A model generated the notes under the pieces. It was not told where the DNA came from and searched no databases. It was given only the letters and a program-made list of their open reading frames with translations. From NCBI RefSeq assembly GCF_009914755.1, contig NC_060943.1: a stretch of DNA of 64,000 nt; one strand, written 5' to 3'. This DNA comes from the human T2T-CHM13v2.0 reference genome, Homo sapiens. The position numbers and the translations under genes were made by a program. Each line of letters starts with the position of its first letter. Positions within the stretch are counted from its first letter, which is position 1. Positions 1-18,443 of the stretch are shown piece after piece.

Positions 1-255
1 CCAGCAGAATCCAGCGTGTACACTCGAGATGATCGCGCTGTGCGGCATGCAGTTCTGTCTTCATTGGAAAAGATCAAGGCTGGGTGTGGTGGCTCACGCC
101 TGTAATCCCACCACTTTGGGAGGCCAAGGCCAGTGGATCACTTGAACCCAGGAGTTAGAGACCAGCCTGGACAACATAGTGAAACCCCGTCTCTACCAAA
201 AATACAAAAAATTAGCCGGGCGTGGTGGCGAATGCCTGTAGTCCAAGCTACTTGA

Positions 256-384
<129 letters not shown>

Positions 385-1223
385 TAAGCCTTCCGTGTAG
401 CTGGGACTACAGGTGCCCACCACCACGCCTGGCTAATTTTTTGTATTTTTAGTAGAGACAGGGTTTCACTGTGTTGGCCAGGATGGTCTTGATCTCCTGA
501 CCTCGTGATCCGCCTGCCTCAGCCTCCCAAAATGCTGGGATTACAGGTGTGAACCATCGCGCCTGGCCGAGAATTTCTTGAACCTGGGAGGTGGAGGTTG
601 CAGTGAGCTGAGATCACGCCACTGCACTCCAGCGTGGGCGACAGAGTGAGACTCTGTCTTAAATTTAAAAAAGAAAAGATCAAACAGGCATTTATTGAGC
701 ACCTGTTGCATGCCAGACCCTAAAAAGGCAACGAGGACAGAGACCCCCGCCACTCTGGACCAGGAGGCCAAGTGGAGGAGACGCAAACCAAGTAAGATGC
801 TGCTGCAGAAACTTCCAGCCACGGTCGATCCATGCAGGTGGTTGGAATCCCAGAAGCCCCATGCCCCAGAGAACCCCTGCTGTGTCTGGAAAGAAAAACC
901 AATCAGTTCTGACTCTGGCTGTGCAGCAGGGTAAGCAGAGGGAGTCCACAGACGAGGGATAAGGCTCTGTCCTGGTCTCAAAGATCAAGGAGGAGTGGAT
1001 GGTGGTAGAAAGAGGTCCCAGCGCGTGATTTGATTGGACCAGTGTTCACAGGGCCACTTCCCAGTCCAGGATGAGCAGGTGTGAAAATGCAGCCTCCAGC
1101 CTGTGCAGTGGCTCATGCCTGTAATCCCAACACTTTGGGAGGCTGAGGCTGGCTGATCACCTGAGGTCAGGAGTTCGAGACCAGCCTGACCAACATGGAG
1201 AAACGCCATCTCTACTAAAATTA

Positions 1224-1376
<153 letters not shown>

Positions 1377-1835
1377 TCAAAAAAAAAGAAAAAGAATAGA
1401 AAATGCAGCCTCCGTGACTTGCCCGAGGTCCCCAAGCTGGGACAAAATGGGATACATCTCAGCAGCCAGGTTTGTCCCCAAAGGGGGCTGTAAAACCTCG
1501 TGGGAACCCACAGGGACCCGCCCCTTGAAGGTGGTGATGGTCCCCACTGCCTGCTGGCTTCGCTGGTGACTCAGTACCCACCAGGCCAAGGTGTGTCTGG
1601 GAGCTGCCTCTCTGGACGGCCACCCCACCTTTTGTACATGGCCTCTTGGTGCCTGGGACACAGTGAGTCACAAGACAAAGCCGTCAGATTGTCTGGGGCA
1701 AAACCCTTTGTGGCAACAGATGGACAAGCCTGGTAAATGGCCCGGGCAGCTGGGCAGCCAGCGCTTTGTAAAACCTTTCCAAGTGGTCCTCTTTGAACCT
1801 GATGAGGACAAAAGCCAATGGCCAATCATCTCTGA

Positions 1836-2312
<477 letters not shown>

Positions 2313-2882
2313 TGAGCCACCACGCCCAGCCCATTGTCTCTATTTGGAAGGAATGAGCAGCATGTTGCCCCTGACGAGGAGAAAGGGAGAGACAGGCCCA
2401 CAGCCTCCTCACCCCCACCCAGTTCCACCCACCGGTCACCTGAGCAATCCTCTCATCTTGGCCCAAAACCAACCAGGGGCAGGGAATGAGGCTGCGTTCA
2501 GTGCAGGCAGAACTCTAAGAGGCTCCCAAGATTCCAGGCAGTCTGCGTACACACCTGCTATAATCCCGTAAGTCTGGGTGTGACTAGTGAGTCAGTGAGG
2601 GTGTCACTTCCTTGATAAGGTGACATTTTAAGGCAAAGGTGAGAAAACCTTACCAATATAATTAAGGTCCAAAATAATTTGATTTTGAGTTCATCAAATG
2701 GGAGCTTACCTTGGGTGGGCCTGACCTAATCAGGAGAGTGCTTTGAAAGAGGATCTAATGGTAATTTTTTTTTCAACCATCAATTTTGCTCCTGAGTCTA
2801 ATGGCAAATTTTATGTTATGTATATTTAACCACAATTTAATTTTTTTTTGAGACGGAGTTTCATTCGTGTTGCCCAGACTAG

Positions 2883-3014
<132 letters not shown>

Positions 3015-3165
3015 TAGTAGAGACGGGGTTTCTCCATGTTGGGCAGGCTGGTCTCAAACTCCCGATCTCAGGTGATCTGCCCACCTTGGCCTTCCAAAGT
3101 TCTGGGATTACAGGTGTGAGCCACCATGCCCAGTCCTTAAAATTTTTAATTTAAAAAAAAAAACC

Positions 3166-3525
3166 GTGATGGCAAGTGAAAACAACCAAAGCGTCCACCA
3201 ACAGATGAATGGATACACAAAATATAGTGTAGCCATAGAGTGGAATATTATTCAGCCAGGAAAAAGGAATAAAATTCTGATTCATGCTACACTGTGGTTG
3301 AAGCTTGAGGACATTATGCTAAGTGAAATGAGCCCATCACAAAAAGACAACTACTGTCTGATTTCACTTATAGGAGGTCTCTAGAGTGGTCACACTTATA
3401 GAGACAGGAAGTAGAATGGTGGGTACGAGGGGCTAGAGGAGAAGGAATGGGGAGTTTGGGTCTAATAGGGACAGAGTTTCAGTTTGGGATGATAAAGAAG
3501 TTCTGGAAATAGAAAGTGACAATGG
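3166..3525 (+). mobile_element. Old L1 (L1MB-like) 3' fragment
   Basis: ACAGATGAATGGATA...GGAATATTATTCAGCC...GACAGGAAGTAGAATGGTGG...CAGAGTTTCAGTTTGGGATGA motifs. Confidence 0.7.
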
Positions 3526-4246
3526 TGGCCAGGCACGGTGGCTCATGCCTGGAATCTCAGCGCTTTGGGAGGCTGAGAGGGGCAGATCGCTTGAGCCCAC
3601 GAGTTCAAGACCAGCCTGGGCAGCATGGTGAAACCCCATCTCTACAAGAAATTTAAAAATTAGGCAGGTGGTGGTACATGCTTGTAGTCCCTGCTACTCA
3701 AGAGGCTGAGGTGGGAGGATCACTGGAGCCTGGGAGGGTCGAGGCTGCAGTGAGCCAAGATTGCACCACTGCACTCCAGCCTGGGTGACAGAGTGAGATC
3801 CTGTCTCAAAAAATAAAAAGTGGCAATCGTTACACAACATCATGAATAAACTTAATGCCACTGAATTGTACACTTAAAAAGAGTTAAGATGAGGCCAGGT
3901 GCTCACGCCTGTAATCCCAACACTTTGGGAGGCCAAGTAGGGGTGTGGATTGCTTGAGGCCAGGAGTTTGAGACCAGCCTGGGCAACATGGCAAAACCCC
4001 GTCTCTACAAAAAAATACAAAAATTAGCCAGGCATGGTGGTGCACACCTGTAATCCCAGCTACTCAGGAGGCTGAGGGATGAGAATCACTTGAACCCAAG
4101 AGGTGGAGGTTACAGTGAGCCGAGATCACTCCATTGCACTCCAGCCTGGGCGACAGAGTGAGACTCTGACTCAAAAAAAAAAAAAAATGGTTAAGATGAA
4201 TTTTAATAAATGTTATGTATGTTATTTTACCATTCAGGGGGTTGTC

Positions 4247-5850
4247 TTTGTTTTGTTTTAGAGACAGGGTCTCACTATGTTGCCTGGGCTGGAGCACAGT
4301 GGCACTGTACCGTACAGGACACCCTGTGATATGGTTCGTAGTCTCCGGGCGGGGAGAGAAGAATGATATTACTCCCAATATCGTGGGGAGTGTCCACCCC
4401 CCTGTGATATTGTTCATAATATCCAGTCCCCCCTCAATATTACACACGGTATCATGGGGAAGTGTACACACCCTACACACCCCCTGCGATATTGAGGGTA
4501 CTATCATCTTGTCACTTCCTGGGCTCAGTGGCTCACACCTGTAATCCCAGTATTTTGAGAGGTGGAGGCAAGGGAATCACTTGAAGTCCAGGAGTTCAGG
4601 ACCAACCAGGGCAACATGGAGTGCCCTCTGCCCTCCCCACCAAAAAATAAAAATAAATTAGCTAGGTGTGGTTGCTAATTATTAATATTATGTGTGATAT
4701 CACAGGGGGGTGTACACACTCCCTGTAACATTGGGGGTACCATCATTCTGTCCCCCCTTTGATATGACGCACAATATCACTTGAGGGTGTACACACCCCC
4801 TACAATATTGGGAATACTATCATCCTGTCCTCCCCTGGATATTATGACCAGTATCACAGAGGGGTGTACATGCCCCCTTGCAATATTGGGGGTACTATCA
4901 TCATGTCCCCCCTGTATAATATGACTAGTATTACAGGGGGGGTGTACACGCCCCCTGCGATATTGGGGGTACTATCATCCTGTCCCCCCATCTATATTAT
5001 GACTGGTATTACAGGGGGGTGTACATGCCCCCTGCGATATTGGGGGTACTATCATCCTGTCCCCCCCTGTATATTATGACTGGTATTATGGGGGGTGTAC
5101 ACGCCCCCTGCGATATTGGGGGTACTATCATCCTGTCCCCCCCGTATGACTGGTATTACAGGGGGGTGTACACGCCCCCTGCGATATTGGAAGTACTATC
5201 ATCCTGTCCCCCCATCTATATTATGACTGGTATTACAGGGGGGTGTACACGCCCCCCGCGATATTGGGGATACTATCATCCTGTCCCCCCTGTATATTAT
5301 GACTGGTATTACAGGGGGGTGTACACGCCCTCTGCGATATTGGGGGTACCATCATCCTGTCACGCCCTGTATATTATGACTGCTATTACAGGGGGTGTAC
5401 ACGCCCCCTGCGATATTGGGGGTACTATCATCCTGTCATGCCCTGTATATTATTACTGGTATTACAGGGGGTGTACACGCCCCCTGCGATATTGGGGGTA
5501 CTATCATCCTGTCCCGCCCTGTATATTATTACAGGGGCGTGTACACACCCCAGTGACATTGGAGGTGTGATCATCCTGTCCCCCTTTGTATATTACACGT
5601 GCCATCACAGGGGGTGTACACAGTGGCATCACAGCTCACTGCAGCCTGGATCTCCCGCCTCAGCCCCCCAAGTAGCTGGGACTACAGGCGTGAGCAACCA
5701 CACCTAGCTAATTTATTTTTATTTTTTGGTGGGGTGGGCAGAGGGCACTCTATGTTGCCCAGGCTGGTCCCAAACTCCTGGTCTTCAAGTGATTCCCCTG
5801 CCTTCCTCTCCCAAAATACTGGGATAACAGGCGTGAGCCACTGAGCCCAG
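4247..5850 (-). mobile_element. AluJ-like element split by the satellite insertion (pieces 4247-4304 and 5619-5850)
   Basis: Tail and 3' piece end at ...GGAGCACAGTGGCA; the element resumes CACAGTGGCATCACAGCTCACTGCAGCC... and runs to the Alu 5' end at 5850. Confidence 0.75.
4305..5618. repeat. Satellite array, ~76-77-bp unit (SATR1/SATR2-like), interrupted by an Alu-derived segment at 4519-4676
   Basis: GTGTAC core recurs at 4710, 4787, 4864, 4942, 5019, 5095, 5166, 5243, 5319, 5395, 5471, 5539, 5614 (~12 units). Unit is approximately GGGGGTGTACACGCCCCCTGCGATATTGGGGGTACTATCATCCTGTCCCCCCTGTATATTATGACTGGTATTACA. Family name recalled from consensus. Confidence 0.85.
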
Positions 5851-6259
5851 CTCACCTTAATTTTTTTGTTGTTGTTTAAAACAAAAATCAATGCATACAG
5901 GCTGGGTACTAGTTATTTGGGCAACTAGTCTCAAACTCCTGGGCTTTAGCCTGTAATCCCAAAACCCCATCTCTACAAAAAATACCAATAAAATTGGCCA
6001 GGTGTGGTGGTGCACAAATGTATTCCCAACTACTCGGGAGGCTGAGGTGGGAGGATCGCTTGAGCCTAGGAGGCCGACGTTGCATTGAACCAGATCACGC
6101 CATTGCCCTTCAGCCTGGGCAACAGAGAGAGAGGAGACTCCGTCTTAAAAAAAAAAAAAACAACAACAACAAAAAAAACGGCTGAGCACGGCCGCTCATG
6201 CCTGTAATCCCAGCACTTTGCGAGGCTGAGGCAAGCGGATCGCCGGAGGTCAGGAGTTA

Positions 6260-6502
<243 letters not shown>

Positions 6503-7502
6503 CTAAGCCCAGCACTTTGGGAGGCCGAGGCGGGTGGATCACCTGAAGTCAGGAGTTCGAGACCAACCTGGCCAACATGGTGAAACTCCATCTCTACTAA
6601 AAATATAAAAATTAGCCAGGCATGGTGGCCTATGCTGTAATCCCAGCTACTCAGGAGGCTGAGACAAGAGAATCCCTTGAACCCGGGAGGCAGAGGTTGC
6701 AGTAAGCCGAGATGATGCCACTATACTCCAGCCTGGGCGACAGACCAAGAAGACTCTGCCTCAAAAAAAAAAAAAAAAAAAAAACAACAACAACAATGGG
6801 AAGCCTCTGAAACTCCCCTTCCCCAGGGGTCTCCGGGGGTCTCCACACTCCTCGGCTGAGTCAGCCTTCCTCCTGCAAACAGCCCAGGGTTCACCAAGTG
6901 TACAAGGCTGTCGTGGGCCCCACGCCCCTTCTCGCCACAGGCTTGTGCAGGCACGGGGCTGTCCCCGCTTGATTGCTAGGGGTTTAGCCAATATTTTCTT
7001 ACGGGGCGCCCTTGCTGGGACACAGGTGCAAGTGTGACATCGTGGGCTGTGAGTCAGGCCTTGGCACTCCTTGCACGGCCGGCCGGCATGAGTCAGGCTG
7101 CATTTGCCCACTGTTCCTGTCTTTTCTCTTGTTCTGAACACCGCATGTGCCAGGCCTTCTGTGGGTCATCAGTCATTATTTTGGGTATGCAGCGCAGATC
7201 ACTCAGGGACAGACTTCTCTGGGTCAGGGGAGCTGGGACTTTACTTATCAAATTGCAAATGTCCAACATACCCCATGCAGAACCAGTGACACGGAGAGAG
7301 GTTTCCATCCCAGGGCTGGGGTCGGGGAGGGTGTCGAACACCCAGTACAGCCCCCAGGGTTTCCTAGAAATGCAAATCACAGCTCTGAAGTGCAGCCTGG
7401 CCTCTTATGGTTAGACACAGGTTCACACCTGAGAAAGCTTGGCAACGTCTAGAGACATTTTTGGTCCTCACGACTCGGGGAGGCGCGTCGGGGGAATGCT
7501 AT

Positions 7503-8263
<761 letters not shown>

Positions 8264-8366
8264 TCAAGTGCTGAAGTTGGGAAATCCTGCTTACCAGCCC
8301 CTGAAGAGTCCATTTCTCATCTCATGCCGGCTTACCCCCTACCACCTTTTTTTTTTTTTTTTTTGA

Positions 8367-8468
<102 letters not shown>

Positions 8469-9091
8469 TGAGTAGCTGGGATTACAGGCGCGCACCACCA
8501 CGCCCAGCTAATTTTTGTATTTTTAGTAGAGACGGGGTTTCGCCATGTTGGCCAGGCTGGTCTCGAACTCCTGACCTCAGGTGATCTGCCTGCCTAGAGC
8601 TCCCAAAGTGCTGGTATTACAGGTGTGAGCCACCGCGCCTGGCCTAAATAATTTTAAAATAGGTCAGTTGACAGTCTTCAGGCGGCAAGTTAGAGAAACA
8701 CATGCAGGCAGATGCATGCTTGTTTGAGGCTGTAAAGTGTCCACATTGGGAAACTGGGGAGAAGATAGGAGAACTATGTAGGGGCTCTAGGTTCTGCAGC
8801 TGGCAATATTCTTCTATGTCCACTTCCTCCCATTAAAATTCGGCCTCCAGCCAAGTGGCCAGTGTCTGGGATATGTTATTGTGTCTGGCTCTGAGGAACT
8901 GGAACTCCTTCCAGTTCTTGAAGATACTTGGGGAGGGAAGATGCTTGGGGAGCATTTGTTTGGCTCCCCAGCCATAATGCACAGTATTGGCATGACTGGG
9001 GGTATGGATGGGGACACTGGGCATCCCCGATATGATGTGATGAGGAGGGCATGCTCCCGTCTTCTTCCCCAAACCCCACAATTCCTGTCTA

Positions 9092-9467
<376 letters not shown>

Positions 9468-9769
9468 TCAGAAAAAAAAAAAAAAAAAGACTGACAAAGT
9501 CTCTCACACCTGTAATCCCAGCACTTCAGGAGGCCAAGGCAGGAGGATCACTTGAGTCCAGGAATTCAAGACCAGCCTGGACAACATAGCAAGACCCCAT
9601 CTGCACAAAAAGTTTAAAAAAATACCCAAGCATATGGCACACACCTATGGTCCCTGCTACTCAGGAGGCTGAGGTGGAAAAATCACTTGAGCCCAGGAGC
9701 TTGAGGCTGCAGTGAGCTGCGATCAAGTTACTGCACTTCAGCCTGAGCAACAGAGTGAGAGCCTGTCTA

Positions 9770-10159
<390 letters not shown>

Positions 10160-10997
10160 TCACAGACCAGAGGAGATCAGGGAGGAACGGGGGCTAAATA
10201 AGGTGAAGGATCCTGGAAGAGAGGGAGGACATTTGTGGGAACATTGGTGACATCCACATAGAATGTCTGGAGTTTAGTTGATAGCATCATTGTCCCAGCA
10301 TTAATTTCTTAGTTTCACCAAATGTACTGAGGTAGGGAAAGATGTCAACATCAGAGGAAGCTGGTGGAAGGGGACATGGGAGTGCTGCATAGCCTCTTTG
10401 CAACTTTCCTGCCATTAAACTGATTCCAAAATAAAACACTTATAAGACGTTTATTTTACAACTCATGCCAGGTGCAGTGGCTCACACCTGTAATCCCAAC
10501 GCTTTGGGAGGCCAAGGCAAGAGGACTCCTTGAGTTCAGGAGTTTGAGTCCAGCCTGGGCCACACAGCAAAATCACATCTCTACAAAAATTACAAAAATT
10601 AGCCGGGAGTGATGGCATGTACCCGTAGTCCCAGCTACTTGAGGGGTCGCGATGGGAGGATCGTTTGAGCCCGGAAGGTCAAGGTTACAGCCTGGGCAAC
10701 AGAGTGAGACCCTGTCTCAAAAAAAAAAAATAAAAAAAAGTAAGCTAAGAAGGGAGACATAAGCAGCAATATTGGAACTTACCCATACTTAAATAAAAAA
10801 ATCCTTCCCTATCTGAAATGTATTTATTTATGATTATTTTTTAGACAGGGCCTCACTCTGTTGCCTAGGCTGGAGTGCAGTGGTGTGACCATGGCTCATT
10901 GCAGCCTTGACCTCCTGGGCTCAAGCAATCCGGCTGAGTAGCTGGGACCACAGGCACGAGCCACCATGCCCGGATAATTTTTTTTTTCTTTTTTTGA

Positions 10998-11285
<288 letters not shown>

Positions 11286-11379
11286 TAATTTTTAAAAAAT
11301 TTTTTGTGGCTAGGCGCAGGGCTCACGCCTGTAGTTTTAACACTTTAGGAGGCCGAGGTAGATGGATCACCTGAGGTCA

Positions 11380-11585
<206 letters not shown>

Positions 11586-12171
11586 TCAAAAAAAAAAAAA
11601 TTTTGTTGAGATAAGGTCTTGCTGTGCTTCCCAGACCGGTCTCAAACTCCTGGGCTCAAGCGATCCACTCGCCTTGGCCTCCCAGAGTGCTGGGATTCCA
11701 GGCACGAGCCACTGCACCTGGCCTCTATCTGAAATTTACATTTAAGTGGGGGGTCCTGTGTTTCAGCCCAAAACTCTAGTCTAGGCGGTAGAAAGGACCC
11801 AGTGGGCTGGGGGTGGGGCCCAGAGTCAGCACCCGGCTCTGGATCTGGCACCTGGGTGGCAGGGGTTCCATTAACTGAGGTGGGAAACAGAGGCCGGAGT
11901 GGAGGGGGGATAATGAGCTCATTTTACAGCAGCTGCTAATGGCTCTTAATAATGATGGTGATGACGATAATTGCACCTCCCCCACAGCATAAATCTTGCT
12001 CCACCCGGGCTGGTTTTGGACTCCTCTGGCTCCTTACCCGGCCTGGGAACCTGAGGGGCATCGAGCCAGACTCACGCCCGCGTCCCCCGCCACGCCTAGC
12101 CCTGGTGTGGAACTGCACAGATGCCCCCACTGTCCCCTCCCGCCGTCCCGAGTTCCCTGGGGTTGCTATTA

Positions 12172-12813
<642 letters not shown>

Positions 12814-12904
12814 TGAGTTTCTTCTGGGGACCTTGAAGGAGGGGAGGGACAGGGGGCTAAGGTGACTCCCAAGGTGGCAGGTGGATCGTAGTCCCAGCTA
12901 CTCA

Positions 12905-13006
<102 letters not shown>

Positions 13007-13047
13007 TCAAAAAAAAAAAAAAGTGTCAGAGGAATGCAAACAAATCC

Positions 13048-13084
<37 letters not shown>

Positions 13085-13419
13085 ATAGCCCCAAGGTGGA
13101 AGCAAATCAAGTGTCCATCAACAGGCAAATGGACCGAAACAATGTGGTCCATCCACAATATGGAATATTATTCAGCCATGAAAAGGAAGCACTGACCCAT
13201 GCTTCAGCATGGATGAACCCCGAAAACACGATGCTGAGAGAAGCCAGACACAAAGGCCACATAGCGTGAGATTCCATCTGAGTGAAATGCCCAGAATAGG
13301 CAACTCCATACAGCCAGGAAGCAGATGGGTGGTTGCCAGGGACTGGGGAAGGGGAATGGGGAGTGACTGCTGATGGGGACAGGGTCTCCTTTTGTGGGGA
13401 TGAAGATGTCCTGGGACTA

Positions 13420-13620
<201 letters not shown>

Positions 13621-13968
13621 TTAAAAATTAGCCAGGCATAGTGGCACGCGCCTGTAGTCCCAACTACTTAGAAGGTTGAGGTGGGACGATTGCTTGAGCC
13701 TGGGAGGTCGAGGCGAGCTATGATCACACCACTGCATTCCAGTCTGGGCAAGAGGCGAGACCCCCCATCTCTAAAAATATAAAATAAAATTGGCCGGGCA
13801 AAGTGGCTCATGCCTATAATTGCCAACACTTTGGGAGGCTGAGGCGGGTGAATCACCTGAGGTCAGGAGTTTGAAACCAGCCTGGCCAACATGGTGAAAC
13901 CCCGTCTCTACTAAAAATCCAAAAGTTAGCCAGGCGTGGTGGCAGGCGCCTGTAATTCCAGCTACTCA

Positions 13969-14091
<123 letters not shown>

Positions 14092-14946
14092 TTAAAAATG
14101 GCTAACTTTATGTTATGTGAATTCCACCTCAATTTTTTAAAAAATGAAAATGCGAAACAAATGGAAAGAGAAGATATTTACACTCCATTTTCCAAGGAAA
14201 TTGTTACAGGCACCCAGAAACACCCAGTCACCTAAAAGATGTGGAATTTTACAAATACACTTCAAGCATGTTAAATGGAGTCCTTCGGTGACTTACCCCT
14301 TCCGTGTAAGATTTACCTCTTACATGAAGAGTTTCTCTTCATGATAGCTGTCATTATTAATAATATATAATGACATAATTGCTTAACAACATCATTATGA
14401 TTTTCCACCCCAATTATGAGGCTGAAGGGCATCAGGCTGAAGCACTGAAATTACAAGGCAAGTCAGAAGTCTGCTCCCACAAAAAGAGCTCCCCAGGATC
14501 CCAAAATGTGGGGCTCAAACTCAACCACTGTCCCCCTGGCCCTGGGCCTCCCCACTCTCCCCATCAAAATGGACCCATTCCTGCTCCAGGCACCAATTCT
14601 GCTGAACACAGAAGACACAGGAAGCCATCTGCTTCCTGGCTGTATGGAGTTGCCTGTTCTGGGCATTTCACACAGATGGAATCTCACACTACGTGGCCTT
14701 TGTGTCTGGCTTCTCTCAACATCATGTTTTTGGGGTTCAGCCATGCTGTAGCATGGGTCAGTGCTTCCTTCCTTTTCATGGCTGAATAATATTCTATACT
14801 GTGCATGGACCACATTGTGTTGATCCGTTTGCCTGTGGATGGACACTTGATTTGCTTCCACTTTGGGGCTATTGTGAGTGTGTGCGTGTGTGTGTGTGTG
14901 TATAAGGATTTGTTTGCATTCCTCTGACACTTTTTTTTTTTTTTGA

Positions 14947-15048
<102 letters not shown>

Positions 15049-15641
15049 TGAGTAGCTGGGACTACAGGCGCCCACCACTACACCTGGCTAATTTTTGTAT
15101 TTTTAGTAGAGATGGGCTTTCACCATATTGGCCAGGCTGGTCTTGAACTCCTGACCTCAGGTGATCCACCTGCCTCAGCCTCCCAAAGTGCTGGGATTAC
15201 AGGCATGACCCACTGTGACCGGCCATTTTTTTTTTTTTTAAATAGGGTCTCACTCTGTCACCCAGGCTGGAGTGCAATGGCGTTATGAGAAGGGAAGTGT
15301 GCCAGCCACCTCTGGTGGGCAGAGCATGTCAGGGAGTCCAAAAGGGCTGATCAAAGAGATGGCTTTGCCAGACACAATGGCTCATGCCTGCAGTCCCAGC
15401 ACTTTGGGAGCCTGGGGTGAGATAACTTGCTTGAGGCCAGGAGATCAAGGCTGCAGTAAGTTGTGATCATGCCACTGTACTCCAGGATGCTGTCTCTACA
15501 TAAATAAATAATAAATTATACTGTCCTCCAGCCTGGGTGACAAGAGCAAGACGCTGTCTATAAATACATAAATAAATAAATTACACGTGGTGGCTCATGC
15601 CTGTAATCCCAGCACTTCGGGAGGCCGAGGCAGGCAAATCA

Positions 15642-16047
<406 letters not shown>

Positions 16048-16050
16048 TCA

Positions 16051-16296
<246 letters not shown>

Positions 16297-16446
16297 TCAC
16301 TCTGAAGTTAGCACTCGTAAATCAGACATTTACAACCACGTACTTAAAATGTCCCAGATGCTAGTGATGTTCATACCGCTGACATTAACAGTCCAGATTC
16401 GCCACTCTCCTGGACGTGACCCCTCGGCCTTCAAGTTTCTGCTTAA

Positions 16447-16736
<290 letters not shown>

Positions 16737-16772
16737 TAAGCCACTGCACCCAGCCTTAAAAGGTTTCTTCCG

Positions 16773-17145
<373 letters not shown>

Positions 17146-17470
17146 TCAGCCTTCCCATCCGCCTGTGACTCTGTGTTGCTTGGATAGAGCTTCAGTTAAC
17201 CCTCAGGCTCCTCCCTGTCTGGAAGCTCCATGAGGGCAAAGACTGGCCCATTCTGGTAGACAGCTCACACTCCAGCACCTGCCCAATAAGAAGTATTCCT
17301 TAGCCAGGCATGGTGGCTCACACCCAGCACTTTGGGAGGCCAAGGCAGGAGGATCATTTGAGACCAGGAGTTGGAGACCAGCCTGGGCAGCATAGGGAGA
17401 CCCTGTCTCTACAAACAAAATAAAAAATTAGCAGGGTTTGGTGGCATGCACCTGTAGTCCCAGCTACTCA

Positions 17471-17608
<138 letters not shown>

Positions 17609-18332
17609 CTATTAAACGCATACTGAGGCCAGGCACGGTGTTTCACACCTGTAATCCCAGTACTTTGGGAGCCTGAGGTGGGCAGATCACCTGAGGTCAG
17701 GAGTTCGAGACCAGCCTGGTCAACATGGTGAAACCTTGTCTCTACTAAAAATACAAAAATTAGCCAGGCATGGTGGCACACTCCTGTAGTCCCAGCTACT
17801 CGGGAGGCTAAGGCACAAGAATTGCTTGAACCGGGAGGTGGAGGTTGCCGTGAGCCAAGATTGCGCCACTGCACTCCAGCCTGGGCAACAGAGAAAGACT
17901 CCATCTCAAAAAAAAAAAAAAAAAAAAAAAAAAGCATACTGAGAGGCAGCGATAGTCTGGGAATTCAGTCCAGACTCTGGAGTTGAACATAGCTCTGCTG
18001 GCTTCTCCCTGTGCTTGAAGCTAACGTCTCTAAGCTTTGGCCAGAGTCAAGATTTTCTGCCTTGTGGGCCACGTGGTCCCTTTCAAAATGACTCAACTCT
18101 GTCGTCATCCCAGGAAAGTAGCCATTGCCAGGCGCAGTGGCTCATGCCTGTAATCCCGACACTTTAGAAGGCCAAGGCAGGATAGGATCTCTTCAGGCAA
18201 GGAGTTCGAAACCAGTATGGACAACACAGACCCTGTCTCTACAAAAAATCAGCCGAGCGTGGTAGCCCACGCCTGTAGTTCCAAGCTACTTGGGAGGCTG
18301 AGGTGGGAGGATCAACTGAGCTCAGGAGGTCA

Positions 18333-18443
<111 letters not shown>

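Noticed and set aside
4864-5707. Repetitive ORFs up to 183 aa and the array's superficial CRISPR-like look
   Set aside because: These are translations of contiguous satellite units. There are no unique spacers or cas genes, and the context is eukaryotic.
15301-15320. Possible CTCF site
   Set aside because: Mismatches at core positions; not supportable by eye.
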